Source: Pyrinomonadaceae bacterium
Lineage (GTDB): Bacteria > Acidobacteriota > Blastocatellia > Pyrinomonadales > Pyrinomonadaceae
Direction: 5' to 3'
NCBI GenBank assembly: GCA_036400075.1
Contig: DASWLV010000225.1
Span: 500 to 64,499, forward strand
DNA length: 64,000 nucleotides
The notes below the pieces were generated by a model that saw only the letters and a program-made list of their open reading frames with translations, did not search any database and had not been told where the DNA came from. Both the position numbers and the translations under genes were made by a program. Of the stretch, positions 45,857 to 54,885 are shown in pieces; the first letter of the stretch is position 1, and every line of letters starts with the position of its first letter.

Positions 45857-46603
45857 ATGAAAAAAACTTCAGTCCCCGCCGCAACAAGCGTCGAATTATC
45901 CGTCGAATCAATTTTGCTCGACTCGGATTTGTTCGTGAAATATAAATCAGCCGAACGCGCCGTTAAACTGCTCCAGGACGCAATCGAACGCAGTCCGCGA
46001 TCAGTACCGCTGAGAGAAAAACTGCGCGAAATTTGCGCGTCGAACGGAAATATCAGCGAAGCCGCGCGGCAATGTCTCGCGCTTGCCAGCCTCTACATCA
46101 ACCGCGAAGATTTCGAACCGGCTTACGACCGGCTTCAGGAAGCAAAATTGCTTGACCCGCGCATTTCAATCGCTTCCGGTCTCGAAGCCATTCGCCGGGC
46201 GAAACACCCGGAATTTGCGGTCGGAACGGTTTATCAAAGCCCGCAGGCGGCAAAAGCTGCCGCTCCGCCCGTTTTCCGCCGCGACGCCGCTTTCGCCGGA
46301 GATTTGTCGCTCGTCAGTCTTTTCGACGTGATTCAAGTAGCGGAAAATTCAAAACTGACGGGACTTTTAACGTTAAAATCGTCGCCAAACATCGGCAGCG
46401 TCGCTTTTAATGTCGGCAAAATCGTGGACGCCGAAGCGAGCGGCGCGACCGGCATCGCCGCTTTTCGCCGTGTCGTCGAAATGACCGACGGCGCATTTGA
46501 ATTTATGCTGTCGGAAAAAGAATTTCCCGTCGTCATTCAAGCCGCTTCAAACACAAACCTGCTGCTCGACACGCTGAGCGATATGGACGAGGAAAATAAA
46601 TAG
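45857..46603 (+). CDS. DUF4388 (PATAN-like) domain protein with a TPR-like N-terminal half
   Basis: GDLSLVSLFDVIQVAENSKLTGLLTLKS...GKIVDAEA...G..AF is the DUF4388 signature. The start was taken at MKKTSVP. Confidence 0.6.
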   Translation: MKKTSVPAATSVELSVESILLDSDLFVKYKSAERAVKLLQDAIERSPRSVPLREKLREICASNGNISEAARQCLALASLYINREDFEPAYDRLQEAKLLDPRISIASGLEAIRRAKHPEFAVGTVYQSPQAAKAAAPPVFRRDAAFAGDLSLVSLFDVIQVAENSKLTGLLTLKSSPNIGSVAFNVGKIVDAEASGATGIAAFRRVVEMTDGAFEFMLSEKEFPVVIQAASNTNLLLDTLSDMDEENK

Positions 46604-46604
46604 A

Positions 46605-46661
46605 AACGATGAATTATGAACGATGAATGATGAACAGATTTTTAATTCATCATTCATCGTT
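46605..46661. repeat. Heptamer array (AACGATG-type x5) folding onto TTCATCA/TTCATCG units; hairpin plus T-run after the DUF4388 gene
   Basis: The units are aacgatg aattatg aacgatg aatgatg aacagat. There is a 16-bp perfect stem (46619-46634 with 46646-46661), followed by tttt. Confidence 0.7.
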
Positions 46662-46729
46662 TTAATATCAATTGCCTGTTTTCTTTAAAACAAGATATAG
46701 TGCTATTGCTCTCTCTATAGCACTATTCA

Positions 46730-49700
46730 ATGTTTAGGCTTCAGCGACTCGAAATTACAGGTTTTAAATCTTTTGCCGATTACACTGAAATAATTTTCAC
46801 AGAAAACGGCGGAATTACAGCCGTCGTCGGTCCGAACGGATGCGGAAAATCAAACGTTTCCGACGCGATTGCCTGGGTTTTAGGCGAGCAAAGCGCGAAA
46901 TCTCTGCGCGGCGCGGAAATGCAGGACGTGATTTTTCAAGGCACGCGCTCGCGCCAGCCTTCGGGAATGGCTGAAGTCGTGCTGCATTTCGTCCGGGACG
47001 ATACTTTTGCGGACGTTTTCGAAACGGACGACATTGATGAAGCGTTGAGCGAGTTTGACGAGCAAACGGCGGAGTTCGATGATTTTAATACTCCGAACTC
47101 CGCACTCGACACTCCGCACTCAGAGAACGGTTTTCATCCCGAATCAAACGGACACGGCGCGCAGCAAATCGCAACCGTTGGGACGGCTGTCGCGCCTGCA
47201 AAAACGCAATCAAAACGCCGTTGGAAATCGCGCCGCGCGCAGCTCGATTTTGCGCCCGGCGAAGCAGTTTCGATTACGCGCCGTTTGTATCGTTCGGGCG
47301 AAAGCGAATATTTGTTGAACAATCGCGCCTGTCGTTTGCGCGACATTCAAGACCTTTTTTCCGGCACAGGGCTTTCCGGCGCGCATTACGCTTTGATTCA
47401 GCAGGAGCGGATCAGTCAAATTCTCTCATCAAAGCCTTCCGACCGCCGCGCGCTGGTTGAAGAAGCCGCCGGAATCACCAAATTTCGCACGCGCCAGCGC
47501 GCCGCCGAAATCCGGCTCGAATCGGCGAAAAACAATTTGCGCCGTTTGTCCGACATTGTTTCGGAAGTCGAGCGACAAGCAAACGCTTTGCGAAGACAAG
47601 CAGCCCGCACACAGCGTTACAAGCAGATGCGCGAAGAACTGCGCGAGCTTCAGCGCAAACTATTCGCTGCCGAAGGAAAAGAATTTACCGCCAATCTAAA
47701 CGATTTGCGCGGAAAGCTCGCCGCCGCAATTGCCGAAGAGCAGAATTTGGCTGAACTAGTCACGGCTCAAACCGGGAAATCTCGACAAGCGACCCAAACG
47801 GCGCGCGAATCAGAAGAAACTTTAGCTCAAATCCGTCAGCAAATCTCCGAAGCCGCAATTCGCAGAGAACGCGCCGCTCGTGATTTCGCGCACCAAACCG
47901 AACAAGCCGCGACGTTTGAAGAACGCTGCGCGGCGTTGCGTTTTGAAATCAAATCAAACGAAAAACGGCTTCACGAAATCGCCGCAGACCGCAAACGCCT
48001 GCTCGAAAAAAACGAACAGGCGAGCAAATCGAATCAAACCGAATCAACTGATTTGCAAACCGCAGAAACCGATTTCCGGCAAAAACAATCCGAAGTTTTA
48101 AAGCTCGAAAGCGAAATCGAAGAAACGCGCCATTTGCTTTTGCAGCACACGGCGGCGGCTGAACGGTTGCGGGAAATCGCCAAACAACAGGCAAACGCGC
48201 TCGAACGTCTCGCCGAACGCGCCGAAGGATTGGAGCGCGAAAAGGCGCGCGCTGAACAGACTTTCGCCGAAAAGAAACAGGAAGCTGCCGAGCTTGAAAC
48301 AAAAGTCGCCGCGCATGTCGAACATCTCGCCGATTTAAAAACGCGCAAGGAAAAAGCTCTCGAATCAGTGAAACAAGCGCAAAACGGGCTGCGCGAAGCC
48401 GAGGTGGTTTTTAACAAAATCCGCGACGAAGCGAACGGAGTTCGTCACCGGCGCGAAACGCTCGAAAAATTGGACACAAGCAACGCGATGCTCGCGCCAG
48501 CCGTGCAAAAACTTTTTGACGCTCGTGAAAAGCTGGGCGTCAATTTGCGCGGCACGCTGGCTGATTTTTTTAATGTTGAAGCCCGATATGAAAAAGCGGT
48601 CGAAGCGGTTTTCGGCGCGCGTTTGCAAACCGTTTTAGTCGAGTCGCACGAAGATGCCCGAAAAATCGCCGAATGGCTGCGCGAGAACAATGCGGGAAAA
48701 TTGGATTTATTGGTTTGTTCGTCGTTCGTCGTTCGTCGTTCGTCGTTCGTCGTAAATAATGGCAGAATCGCAGATTTAATTGGAGTTTCCGATGATTTGC
48801 TTGAAATTCTGCGCGAGATTTTCCCGCGGGAAACGGATTTCCGCATTGTGGAAAACTTTGCGGCGGCGGAAAATTTATTGAACGAAAACTGCGTCACGCT
48901 CGACGGCGAATTGATTTATAAAAACCGCTTGTTCTCGCTCGGCAAAATCGGAAAAGAAACGGGCGGGATTTTGAGTTTCAAACGCGAATTGCGCGAGCTT
49001 GCGGCAAAGGCTGAAAAACTGAAAAGCGAATTGGAAATTGCCGCAGAAACGGTTGAAAACGCGCGGGCTGATTTGACGAAACAGGAAAATTTTATCACCG
49101 ATTTTCAGTCGCAGATTTTGCTCGCCGAACGCGAATTAATGTCGCTCGGCAGCAGTTTTGACGCGGCAAAACAAGATTGCGAGCGAGCCGAACGACATCA
49201 AAAAGTTGTCGCCGACGAAATTTTGAGACTCGCAGCCGAAAGAGACGACACCGAAAACAAACGCGCGAAAGCCGAGCGCGAAGCAAAAACGGCGGACAAC
49301 GAGCGCGTTGCCGCGTCGGAAAAGTTGGGCAGAATTTCCGCCGTTTTGCTCGAAACAAAACGCGAAGCCGAACATTTTAACTCGGTTTTAAGCGAGCGCC
49401 GCGCCGCCGCCGCCGCCGAAGCCGAACGCCGCCGCAGCTTGCAAAACGCTTTGCGGCGCGTCGAAAACGATCACGGCGAACTTGCTTTTCGTTTGGAAAA
49501 ACAGCGGAAAGAACTGGAAGAAACCGACATAAAATTTGAAAATTTGCGAAAATCGCTGCACGCGCTCGAACATCAAACGGCTTCCGCTGAAAACGAAAAG
49601 AAAACGGAAAACGAAAAGCTCTCCGCCGCTGCCGAAAATCTGCAAACTGCGCGCGCGGATGCCGACCGTTTGGCGGCAGAGCTAAACGAATCGAACAAAA

Positions 49701-50497
49701 AAGCCGCCGTCGCGAAAGATCAACGTGCTGCGCTTGAAGTCACGCAAGCCGAAACCGCGACAAAACTCGAAAATTTGCGGGAAAATTGTCATCAGGAATT
49801 GGGCGAGCGACTTGAAAATCTGTTTGCAGGTGAACTATTCGACGATTTTGATTTGCCGGAGGAAAAACGGCGTGTCGAATCTTTGCGCGAAAAGCTCGAA
49901 GGTTTCGGCGCGGTTAATTTGCTGGCGCTTGAAGAATTAAAGGAAGCCGAAGAGCGCCTTTTGTTTTTGACGAGCCAGCGCAAAGACATTGTGGACAGCA
50001 TCGCAACGGCTGAAGAAGCTCTCGATGAAATAAAACGCCGCTCCAGAGAACGTTTCGAGCAGGCTTTTGCCGAAATCAACCGCAATTTTACAGAGCTTTT
50101 CGCAGAGCTTTTCGGCGGCGGGCGCGGCGAAATGAATTTGCTCGATGCAGCCGACGTGCTCGAATCCGGCATCGAAATTATCGCGCAGCCGCCGGGAAAA
50201 CGTCTGCAAAATTTGCTGCTCTTGTCGGGCGGCGAAAAGGCGATGACGGCGATTGCGCTCGTGCTGGCGATTTTCCGTTTTCGTCCCGCGCCGTTTTGTC
50301 TGCTCGACGAAGTTGATGCGCCGCTCGACGAAGCAAACGTCGGACGTTTCGTCGAAAAAATCGCCGTGATGTCGGAAAACACACAGTTTATCGTTATCAC
50401 GCACAACAAACGGACGATGGAAGCGGCGCGCGCTCTTTACGGCGTGACGATGGAAGAAGCTGGCGTCTCGAAAGTTGTTTCGGTAAAATTTGAATAA
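46730..50497 (+). CDS. smc: Chromosome segregation protein SMC
   Basis: It has MFRLQRLEITGFKSF, the Walker A GPNGCGKSN, long coiled coils, the signature LSGGEKA and the Walker B FCLLDEVDAPLD. Confidence 0.95.
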   Translation: MFRLQRLEITGFKSFADYTEIIFTENGGITAVVGPNGCGKSNVSDAIAWVLGEQSAKSLRGAEMQDVIFQGTRSRQPSGMAEVVLHFVRDDTFADVFETDDIDEALSEFDEQTAEFDDFNTPNSALDTPHSENGFHPESNGHGAQQIATVGTAVAPAKTQSKRRWKSRRAQLDFAPGEAVSITRRLYRSGESEYLLNNRACRLRDIQDLFSGTGLSGAHYALIQQERISQILSSKPSDRRALVEEAAGITKFRTRQRAAEIRLESAKNNLRRLSDIVSEVERQANALRRQAARTQRYKQMREELRELQRKLFAAEGKEFTANLNDLRGKLAAAIAEEQNLAELVTAQTGKSRQATQTARESEETLAQIRQQISEAAIRRERAARDFAHQTEQAATFEERCAALRFEIKSNEKRLHEIAADRKRLLEKNEQASKSNQTESTDLQTAETDFRQKQSEVLKLESEIEETRHLLLQHTAAAERLREIAKQQANALERLAERAEGLEREKARAEQTFAEKKQEAAELETKVAAHVEHLADLKTRKEKALESVKQAQNGLREAEVVFNKIRDEANGVRHRRETLEKLDTSNAMLAPAVQKLFDAREKLGVNLRGTLADFFNVEARYEKAVEAVFGARLQTVLVESHEDARKIAEWLRENNAGKLDLLVCSSFVVRRSSFVVNNGRIADLIGVSDDLLEILREIFPRETDFRIVENFAAAENLLNENCVTLDGELIYKNRLFSLGKIGKETGGILSFKRELRELAAKAEKLKSELEIAAETVENARADLTKQENFITDFQSQILLAERELMSLGSSFDAAKQDCERAERHQKVVADEILRLAAERDDTENKRAKAEREAKTADNERVAASEKLGRISAVLLETKREAEHFNSVLSERRAAAAAEAERRRSLQNALRRVENDHGELAFRLEKQRKELEETDIKFENLRKSLHALEHQTASAENEKKTENEKLSAAAENLQTARADADRLAAELNESNKKAAVAKDQRAALEVTQAETATKLENLRENCHQELGERLENLFAGELFDDFDLPEEKRRVESLREKLEGFGAVNLLALEELKEAEERLLFLTSQRKDIVDSIATAEEALDEIKRRSRERFEQAFAEINRNFTELFAELFGGGRGEMNLLDAADVLESGIEIIAQPPGKRLQNLLLLSGGEKAMTAIALVLAIFRFRPAPFCLLDEVDAPLDEANVGRFVEKIAVMSENTQFIVITHNKRTMEAARALYGVTMEEAGVSKVVSVKFE
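48717..48753 (+). repeat. Perfect (GTTCGTC)x5 heptanucleotide tandem repeat inside the smc ORF
   Basis: gttcgtc is repeated five times from 48717 to 48751, plus a partial gt. It translates as SSFVVRRSSFVV, with a 7-aa period. Confidence 0.9.
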
Positions 50498-50510
50498 TAT
50501 CGAGTATTTT

Positions 50511-51356
50511 ATGAAACGTTTTTTGTTTTTTTTGCTGTTTTTTTCGCTGCTGGTTTGCAGCGAATCCTTGTTTGCTCAATCCAAGAATAAAAAGGAGAAA
50601 AACGACAGCAAGGTCAAAAAAGCAATGGGTGTAGGTCACCCTCCGGTTATTCCCTTTGAGGAGATTGTGTCCCCGCCGCAGGAAGCTGTGCCGCCCGCCG
50701 GAAAGAAAAATCAGCGCGAAGCTTCAAATCAAGCCGGAAAAAATGTTGAAACAGCGAAAGCGGCGAAGATGCCTTACGCTTACGAATTTTCGCAGCCGGA
50801 TTTTCTCGTTAATCACGTTTTGATCGAACATGACGAAAACGGAAAAGGAACAATCACGTTTGAAAAACGGCAGCTTGGCGAACCGATCACAGATCCGATT
50901 CAAATCTCGCCCGCCGCGCTCGAACGAATCAAAAAATTGTGGAGCGAGTTGAATTTTCTGGATTCGACCGATGTTTATCAATCTGCGAAGTACGATTATC
51001 CACATCTCGGACAGATGAAATTGCGGATGGAGACGGACGGAAAAAAACGCGAAGCCGGATTAAATTGGACTGAAAACAAGACGGCGGAAAGCTTGACGAA
51101 AGAGTACAAACGTCTGACCGAGCATTACATCTGGCTTTTCGACATCAATCTGGCGCGCGAAAACCGCCCGCTCGAAGCGCCGAAATTGGTTGAGAAATTG
51201 GAAGGCTTGATTAAACGCGGCGAGATTTACGATGTTGCGTTGCTGCTCCCGATTTTGCGCGAGATCAAAGACGAAGAGCGGATTCCGCTGATCGCCAGAA
51301 ATCACGCCGAGCGCATTATAAAACTTATCGAGAAGATGTCTGAGAAGAAACAGTAA
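50511..51356 (+). CDS. Hypothetical secreted protein
   Basis: It has a signal peptide, MKRFLFFLLFFSLLVCSESLFAQ. I recognise no family. Its 3' end overlaps the convergent capA-like gene by 32 nt. Confidence 0.5.
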   Translation: MKRFLFFLLFFSLLVCSESLFAQSKNKKEKNDSKVKKAMGVGHPPVIPFEEIVSPPQEAVPPAGKKNQREASNQAGKNVETAKAAKMPYAYEFSQPDFLVNHVLIEHDENGKGTITFEKRQLGEPITDPIQISPAALERIKKLWSELNFLDSTDVYQSAKYDYPHLGQMKLRMETDGKKREAGLNWTENKTAESLTKEYKRLTEHYIWLFDINLARENRPLEAPKLVEKLEGLIKRGEIYDVALLLPILREIKDEERIPLIARNHAERIIKLIEKMSEKKQ

Positions 51357-52584
51357 CGCTGCCGTCTTCTTTAATCAGCGGCGCGTTTGCGCCGAAATCT
51401 TCTTGCGAAAGCTGTCTCACCTTTGCAACGGCTGCCCGATTTGTTTTGTCCAGAACCGGAATTCCGCGCCCGATTTGTTTTCCGGCGTGAATCCTGCCGC
51501 CTAAAAACTTTCCGTCCGCAGCGATTTTCGCTTCCAAAATCATTGTCAGCGCAGTCGCGTCCTTCAAACCAAACCAGCCGTAAGTCGCAAAATTTCCGAG
51601 CGAATAAGCGACGAGCCGGTCTTTGTAGATTTCCATCCCGCGCAAAACGTGCGGTCCGTGACCCAAAACCAAATCCGCCCCGGCGTCAATCACCGTCCGC
51701 GCAAAAAGCCGCAGATTTCCGCGTTTTTCGCTGTAGAAAATTTCGGTTTGGCGGGGAACGCGCTGCGCGTCCGTACCTTCCGCGCCGCCGTGAAACGAAA
51801 CCACCACGATATCGGCTTTTTTGGTTTGCTCCTGCACGACGCGGCGCGCGGTTTCCAAATCGTTGACGTTTAAAGAAACATTGTTGTGCGCGAAACCGAT
51901 GAAAGCGATTTTTTTGCCTTTCGATTCGAGATATGCGACGGCAAATTGATTTCTGTCGCTGCCCGCGTGTTTGATTCCGAGAGAATCGAGAACTTTTCGG
52001 GTGCTGGCGCGACCGGCGTCGCCGAAATCCGAAGCGTGATTGTTTGCCACGCTCAAAACATCGAATCCGGCTTCTTTCAAATATTTGCCGTAGCGCGTCG
52101 GAACTTGAAAAGCAAAACAGGTGAACTTTTTCGCAGGTTTTGCGGGCAGCGCGTTTGCGGGCGGCGGTTCAGGAGTTGGTGTCGGCTCGATTTTAGCTTC
52201 GGGTTTTGTTTCTCCGGCTTTTTTGGGAGCGAAAAATTGCGGACATTTTTCCGAAACTCCGGTGTCAATCAACGGTCCTTCCAGATTGCCGAAAGCGATG
52301 TCGGCGGCGGACAGGATCGGCGTCACTTCTTCGAGCATCTCCGCGCCGTCTTTAGGCGGCATTCTCGTGTCGTCCGGGAAAGTCGAAGCGAGCATAATAT
52401 CGCCGACGGCGGCAATCGTAATCGGTTCTTGATTCGGGGGCGTTTGGCGCGTCTGTTGAGGCTGGCTTTCATTTGCTGCGGAAACTTCGGGCAGAGTCAG
52501 ACTGCGTTCGCCGCTTTGACACGCCGATGTCAGAGAGACAATAAAACTAATCAAAATGAAAATCGAATTTAATTTTGTGAACAT
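51325..52584 (-). CDS. CapA family (poly-gamma-glutamate capsule synthesis-like) metallophosphatase
   Basis: AAVGDIMLA, VLSVANNHASDFG, VVVSFHGGAEG and GHGPHVLRG are present. Confidence 0.8.
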   Translation of the reverse strand: MFTKLNSIFILISFIVSLTSACQSGERSLTLPEVSAANESQPQQTRQTPPNQEPITIAAVGDIMLASTFPDDTRMPPKDGAEMLEEVTPILSAADIAFGNLEGPLIDTGVSEKCPQFFAPKKAGETKPEAKIEPTPTPEPPPANALPAKPAKKFTCFAFQVPTRYGKYLKEAGFDVLSVANNHASDFGDAGRASTRKVLDSLGIKHAGSDRNQFAVAYLESKGKKIAFIGFAHNNVSLNVNDLETARRVVQEQTKKADIVVVSFHGGAEGTDAQRVPRQTEIFYSEKRGNLRLFARTVIDAGADLVLGHGPHVLRGMEIYKDRLVAYSLGNFATYGWFGLKDATALTMILEAKIAADGKFLGGRIHAGKQIGRGIPVLDKTNRAAVAKVRQLSQEDFGANAPLIKEDGSVTVSSQTSSR

Positions 52585-52766
52585 TTCGGTTTACGGGAAA
52601 GCCTGGCTGTTGACGCTTTCGCGGGATGATTGACTGACCGATTCAAGAATAATCGAGAACTAAAAAAAAATCCAATTGACTGAATCAAAACCGTTTCGCT
52701 CCGGCGCGAAAGGTGAAAAACGGCTGCTTATGTTAAGCTGAAATCAAAATTTCTATTCTCTCGAAA

Positions 52767-53762
52767 ATGAAAAACGTTTCTGATATAAATAAAAGCGCCG
52801 GGCGTTTCGCACGCTTTGCGTGGTTTGTCGTCGCTTACAACATTTTGGTCGTCGTTTGGGGCGCATTTGTCCGCGCGTCGAAATCAGGCGACGGCTGCGG
52901 CGCGAGCTATCCTTTGTGCAACGGAATGATAATTCCGCACGCGGCGGAAATCAAAACCATTGTCGAATTTTCGCATCGTCTTTCGAGCGGTCTTGCTCTG
53001 CTGTGCGTCGTCGCGCTCGTGTTTTGGGCTTTCAGGGCGTTTCCGCGCAGGCATTTGGCGCGCAAAGGAGCGGTTTTATCGCTCGTTTTTATTTTGACCG
53101 AAGCGGCAATCGGCGCGGGTTTGGTTTTGCTTGAGCTGGTTGCACACAACGATTCGATTGCGCGCGCCGTTTGGATGGCGGCGCATCTGGTCAATACTTT
53201 CATTCTGCTGGCGGTTTTGGTTTTGACCGCTTATTGGGCTGGAAACGACGGGCGGCGAGTTCACTTTCGGGGAAACGAACCCCGCGCGGTCGGTTTCGCG
53301 GCATTGCTTGCCGGAATGATAATGGTCGGCGTCAGCGGCGCGATTGCGGCTCTCGGCGACACGCTTTTTCCCGCCGAATCGCTCTCTCACGGAATCAGTC
53401 AGGATTTTTCCGAAACCGCTCACATTCTCATTCGTTTGCGAATCTGGCATCCGGTGCTTTCGATTTTAATCGGTTGTTTCGCGGTTTTGCTCGCCGCATG
53501 GCACATTCGGAAAAGACCTGACGATTTAAAAACTAAACAAATCTCGTCGGCGGTAATTACGCTGGTTTTAATTCAACTCGCGGCAGGCGCTCTCAATGTT
53601 TTGCTGCTGACTCCGATTTGGATGCAGCTCGTACATCTTTTCCTCGCAGATTTGTTGTGGCTGTCGCTGATTTTGCTTGCGGCGTCGAGCCTTTCGCAAA
53701 CAGCCGAGAAAACCATCGAAGTTAAAAATGCCGAGTCTCAATTGGAAACAGTCAAGATTTAA
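52767..53762 (+). CDS. ctaA: Heme A synthase (COX15/CtaA family)
   Basis: It is polytopic, with SGDGCGASYPLCNG and EFSHR motifs and a second half-repeat with conserved His residues. Confidence 0.85.
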   Translation: MKNVSDINKSAGRFARFAWFVVAYNILVVVWGAFVRASKSGDGCGASYPLCNGMIIPHAAEIKTIVEFSHRLSSGLALLCVVALVFWAFRAFPRRHLARKGAVLSLVFILTEAAIGAGLVLLELVAHNDSIARAVWMAAHLVNTFILLAVLVLTAYWAGNDGRRVHFRGNEPRAVGFAALLAGMIMVGVSGAIAALGDTLFPAESLSHGISQDFSETAHILIRLRIWHPVLSILIGCFAVLLAAWHIRKRPDDLKTKQISSAVITLVLIQLAAGALNVLLLTPIWMQLVHLFLADLLWLSLILLAASSLSQTAEKTIEVKNAESQLETVKI

Positions 53763-53931
53763 TTTTGTCAGGTAGTGTCCTTTCAGAATTGTCTCATAAA
53801 GGAGCGTTTTTGAGATGAAATTCAACGCGGTATTTTACTCTAATTTGAAGTGTTATGCCGCATTTTAGCGGTATAATTAGAAGTTGTGCTTCTTAAGCAC
53901 AGACTTGCTTCCGTGGAAAAGTAAAAACAGA

Positions 53932-54426
53932 ATGAAACTTGTTCCTTGCATCGGATGTGGCGGACTGTTTCCAGATATTGACGGTGCAACTCACCGCTAT
54001 ATGGAATCATCAGCGGGTTGCTGGGCGGCTTACGGAGAAATTCTGGCACGCGAATACAGTAGTCCGGAGTATTTTGAAATACATCGGCTGACGGTTGACG
54101 CTTATGCGGCTCAACATCCCGGACAGCCATCGCTGCAAAGCATCAAATCGGTAGGTTATCATCTTGTCCGATTGTGCCTGCTCCTTGAACGTGGTCTCAA
54201 AATGGAGCGAGCGAATGAGGCGATGCTCACCATAACGAAAACAAAGGAACATTTTACTTGGCTTACTCCGCCATCTTCGCTAGGTTCAATCACGGTAAGT
54301 GACGTTTGTAAGGCTTCTTCTGCTGAACAGCATAAACAATTAGTTAGGCAATGGGCAGCTTCGGTATGGGCGGCGTGGTCTCCGCACCATTCGATGATTT
54401 ATAGTTGGCTACCAATACTGAAATAG
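53932..54426 (+). CDS. DUF5946 family protein
   Basis: MKLVPCIGCGGLFPDIDGATHRYMESSAGCWAAYGEILAREY...HRLTVDAYAAQHPG matches my recollection of DUF5946. It lies inside the mobile element. Confidence 0.6.
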   Translation: MKLVPCIGCGGLFPDIDGATHRYMESSAGCWAAYGEILAREYSSPEYFEIHRLTVDAYAAQHPGQPSLQSIKSVGYHLVRLCLLLERGLKMERANEAMLTITKTKEHFTWLTPPSSLGSITVSDVCKASSAEQHKQLVRQWAASVWAAWSPHHSMIYSWLPILK

Positions 54427-54555
54427 TTAGCTGCAATGTTCAGCAAAGCAGCACAACAAATCAACGAAGCACTTTGCAAGATTCTTGCGCATAACATCTG
54501 TGTTTTGATTCAATCAATGTGCGAACTAAATATAAAGCCTGAATTCTGGAAATAA
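54427..54555 (+). pseudogene. Possible C-terminal remnant of a DDE transposase
   Basis: The open frame reads LAAMFSKAAQQINEALCKILAHNICVLIQSMCELNIKPEFWK*. The ...NE.LCK.L.HN.C.LIQ...ELGI... pattern resembles C-termini of an IS4/IS5-type transposase family as I remember them. There is no upstream catalytic part. Confidence 0.3.
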
Positions 54556-54585
54556 ATATAATAAGGAGTTAATATAGCTCCGGCT

Positions 54586-54885
54586 ATGAATAATGAGGGG
54601 AAAGAACCGAATAGCTGGCTAATCATCTTCGGTTTTCAAATCTACTTTGGAATTGTTCATTCAATTTTATGGCGGGTTCTTTCCAACGCATTTTCTGTGT
54701 CATTTCCAATTGCCTTTAGTTTCTCTGTGCTTTTCACATCTTTAACAGCATACTTTTTGTTTCTTCACGGAACAATCAGTTTTTGGTCAAAAGAAAAATG
54801 GACTTTTTCTTATTTCGCCAAAATTGCCCTTTTTTTGACGATTTTGGCATTTTTGCTTGCTAAATACATTCTCAATGAGCAGTAG
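54586..54885 (+). CDS. Hypothetical 3-TM membrane protein
   Basis: It is a 99-aa hydrophobic ORF with AAGGAG upstream. It is AT-rich and lies inside the mobile element. Confidence 0.4.
   Translation: MNNEGKEPNSWLIIFGFQIYFGIVHSILWRVLSNAFSVSFPIAFSFSVLFTSLTAYFLFLHGTISFWSKEKWTFSYFAKIALFLTILAFLLAKYILNEQ

Noticed and set aside
49792-50409. 205-aa and 155-aa minus-strand ORFs inside smc (also 51886-52572 inside capA)
   Set aside because: They are antisense to conserved SMC signature/Walker B coding sequence (and to CapA). They are shadow ORFs.
54450-54459. The 10-mer AGCACAACAA recurs three times just 3' of ORFs: 54450 on the plus strand, 54983-54974 and 32061-32052 on the minus strand. It hints at further attC R''-like boxes.
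   Set aside because: Only the 32-kb copy is embedded in the conserved 22-nt core. The two copies inside the mobile element lack a convincing matching palindrome, and one lies in the transposase-tail-like frame. I treat them as possible chance matches, pending a covariance-model scan.
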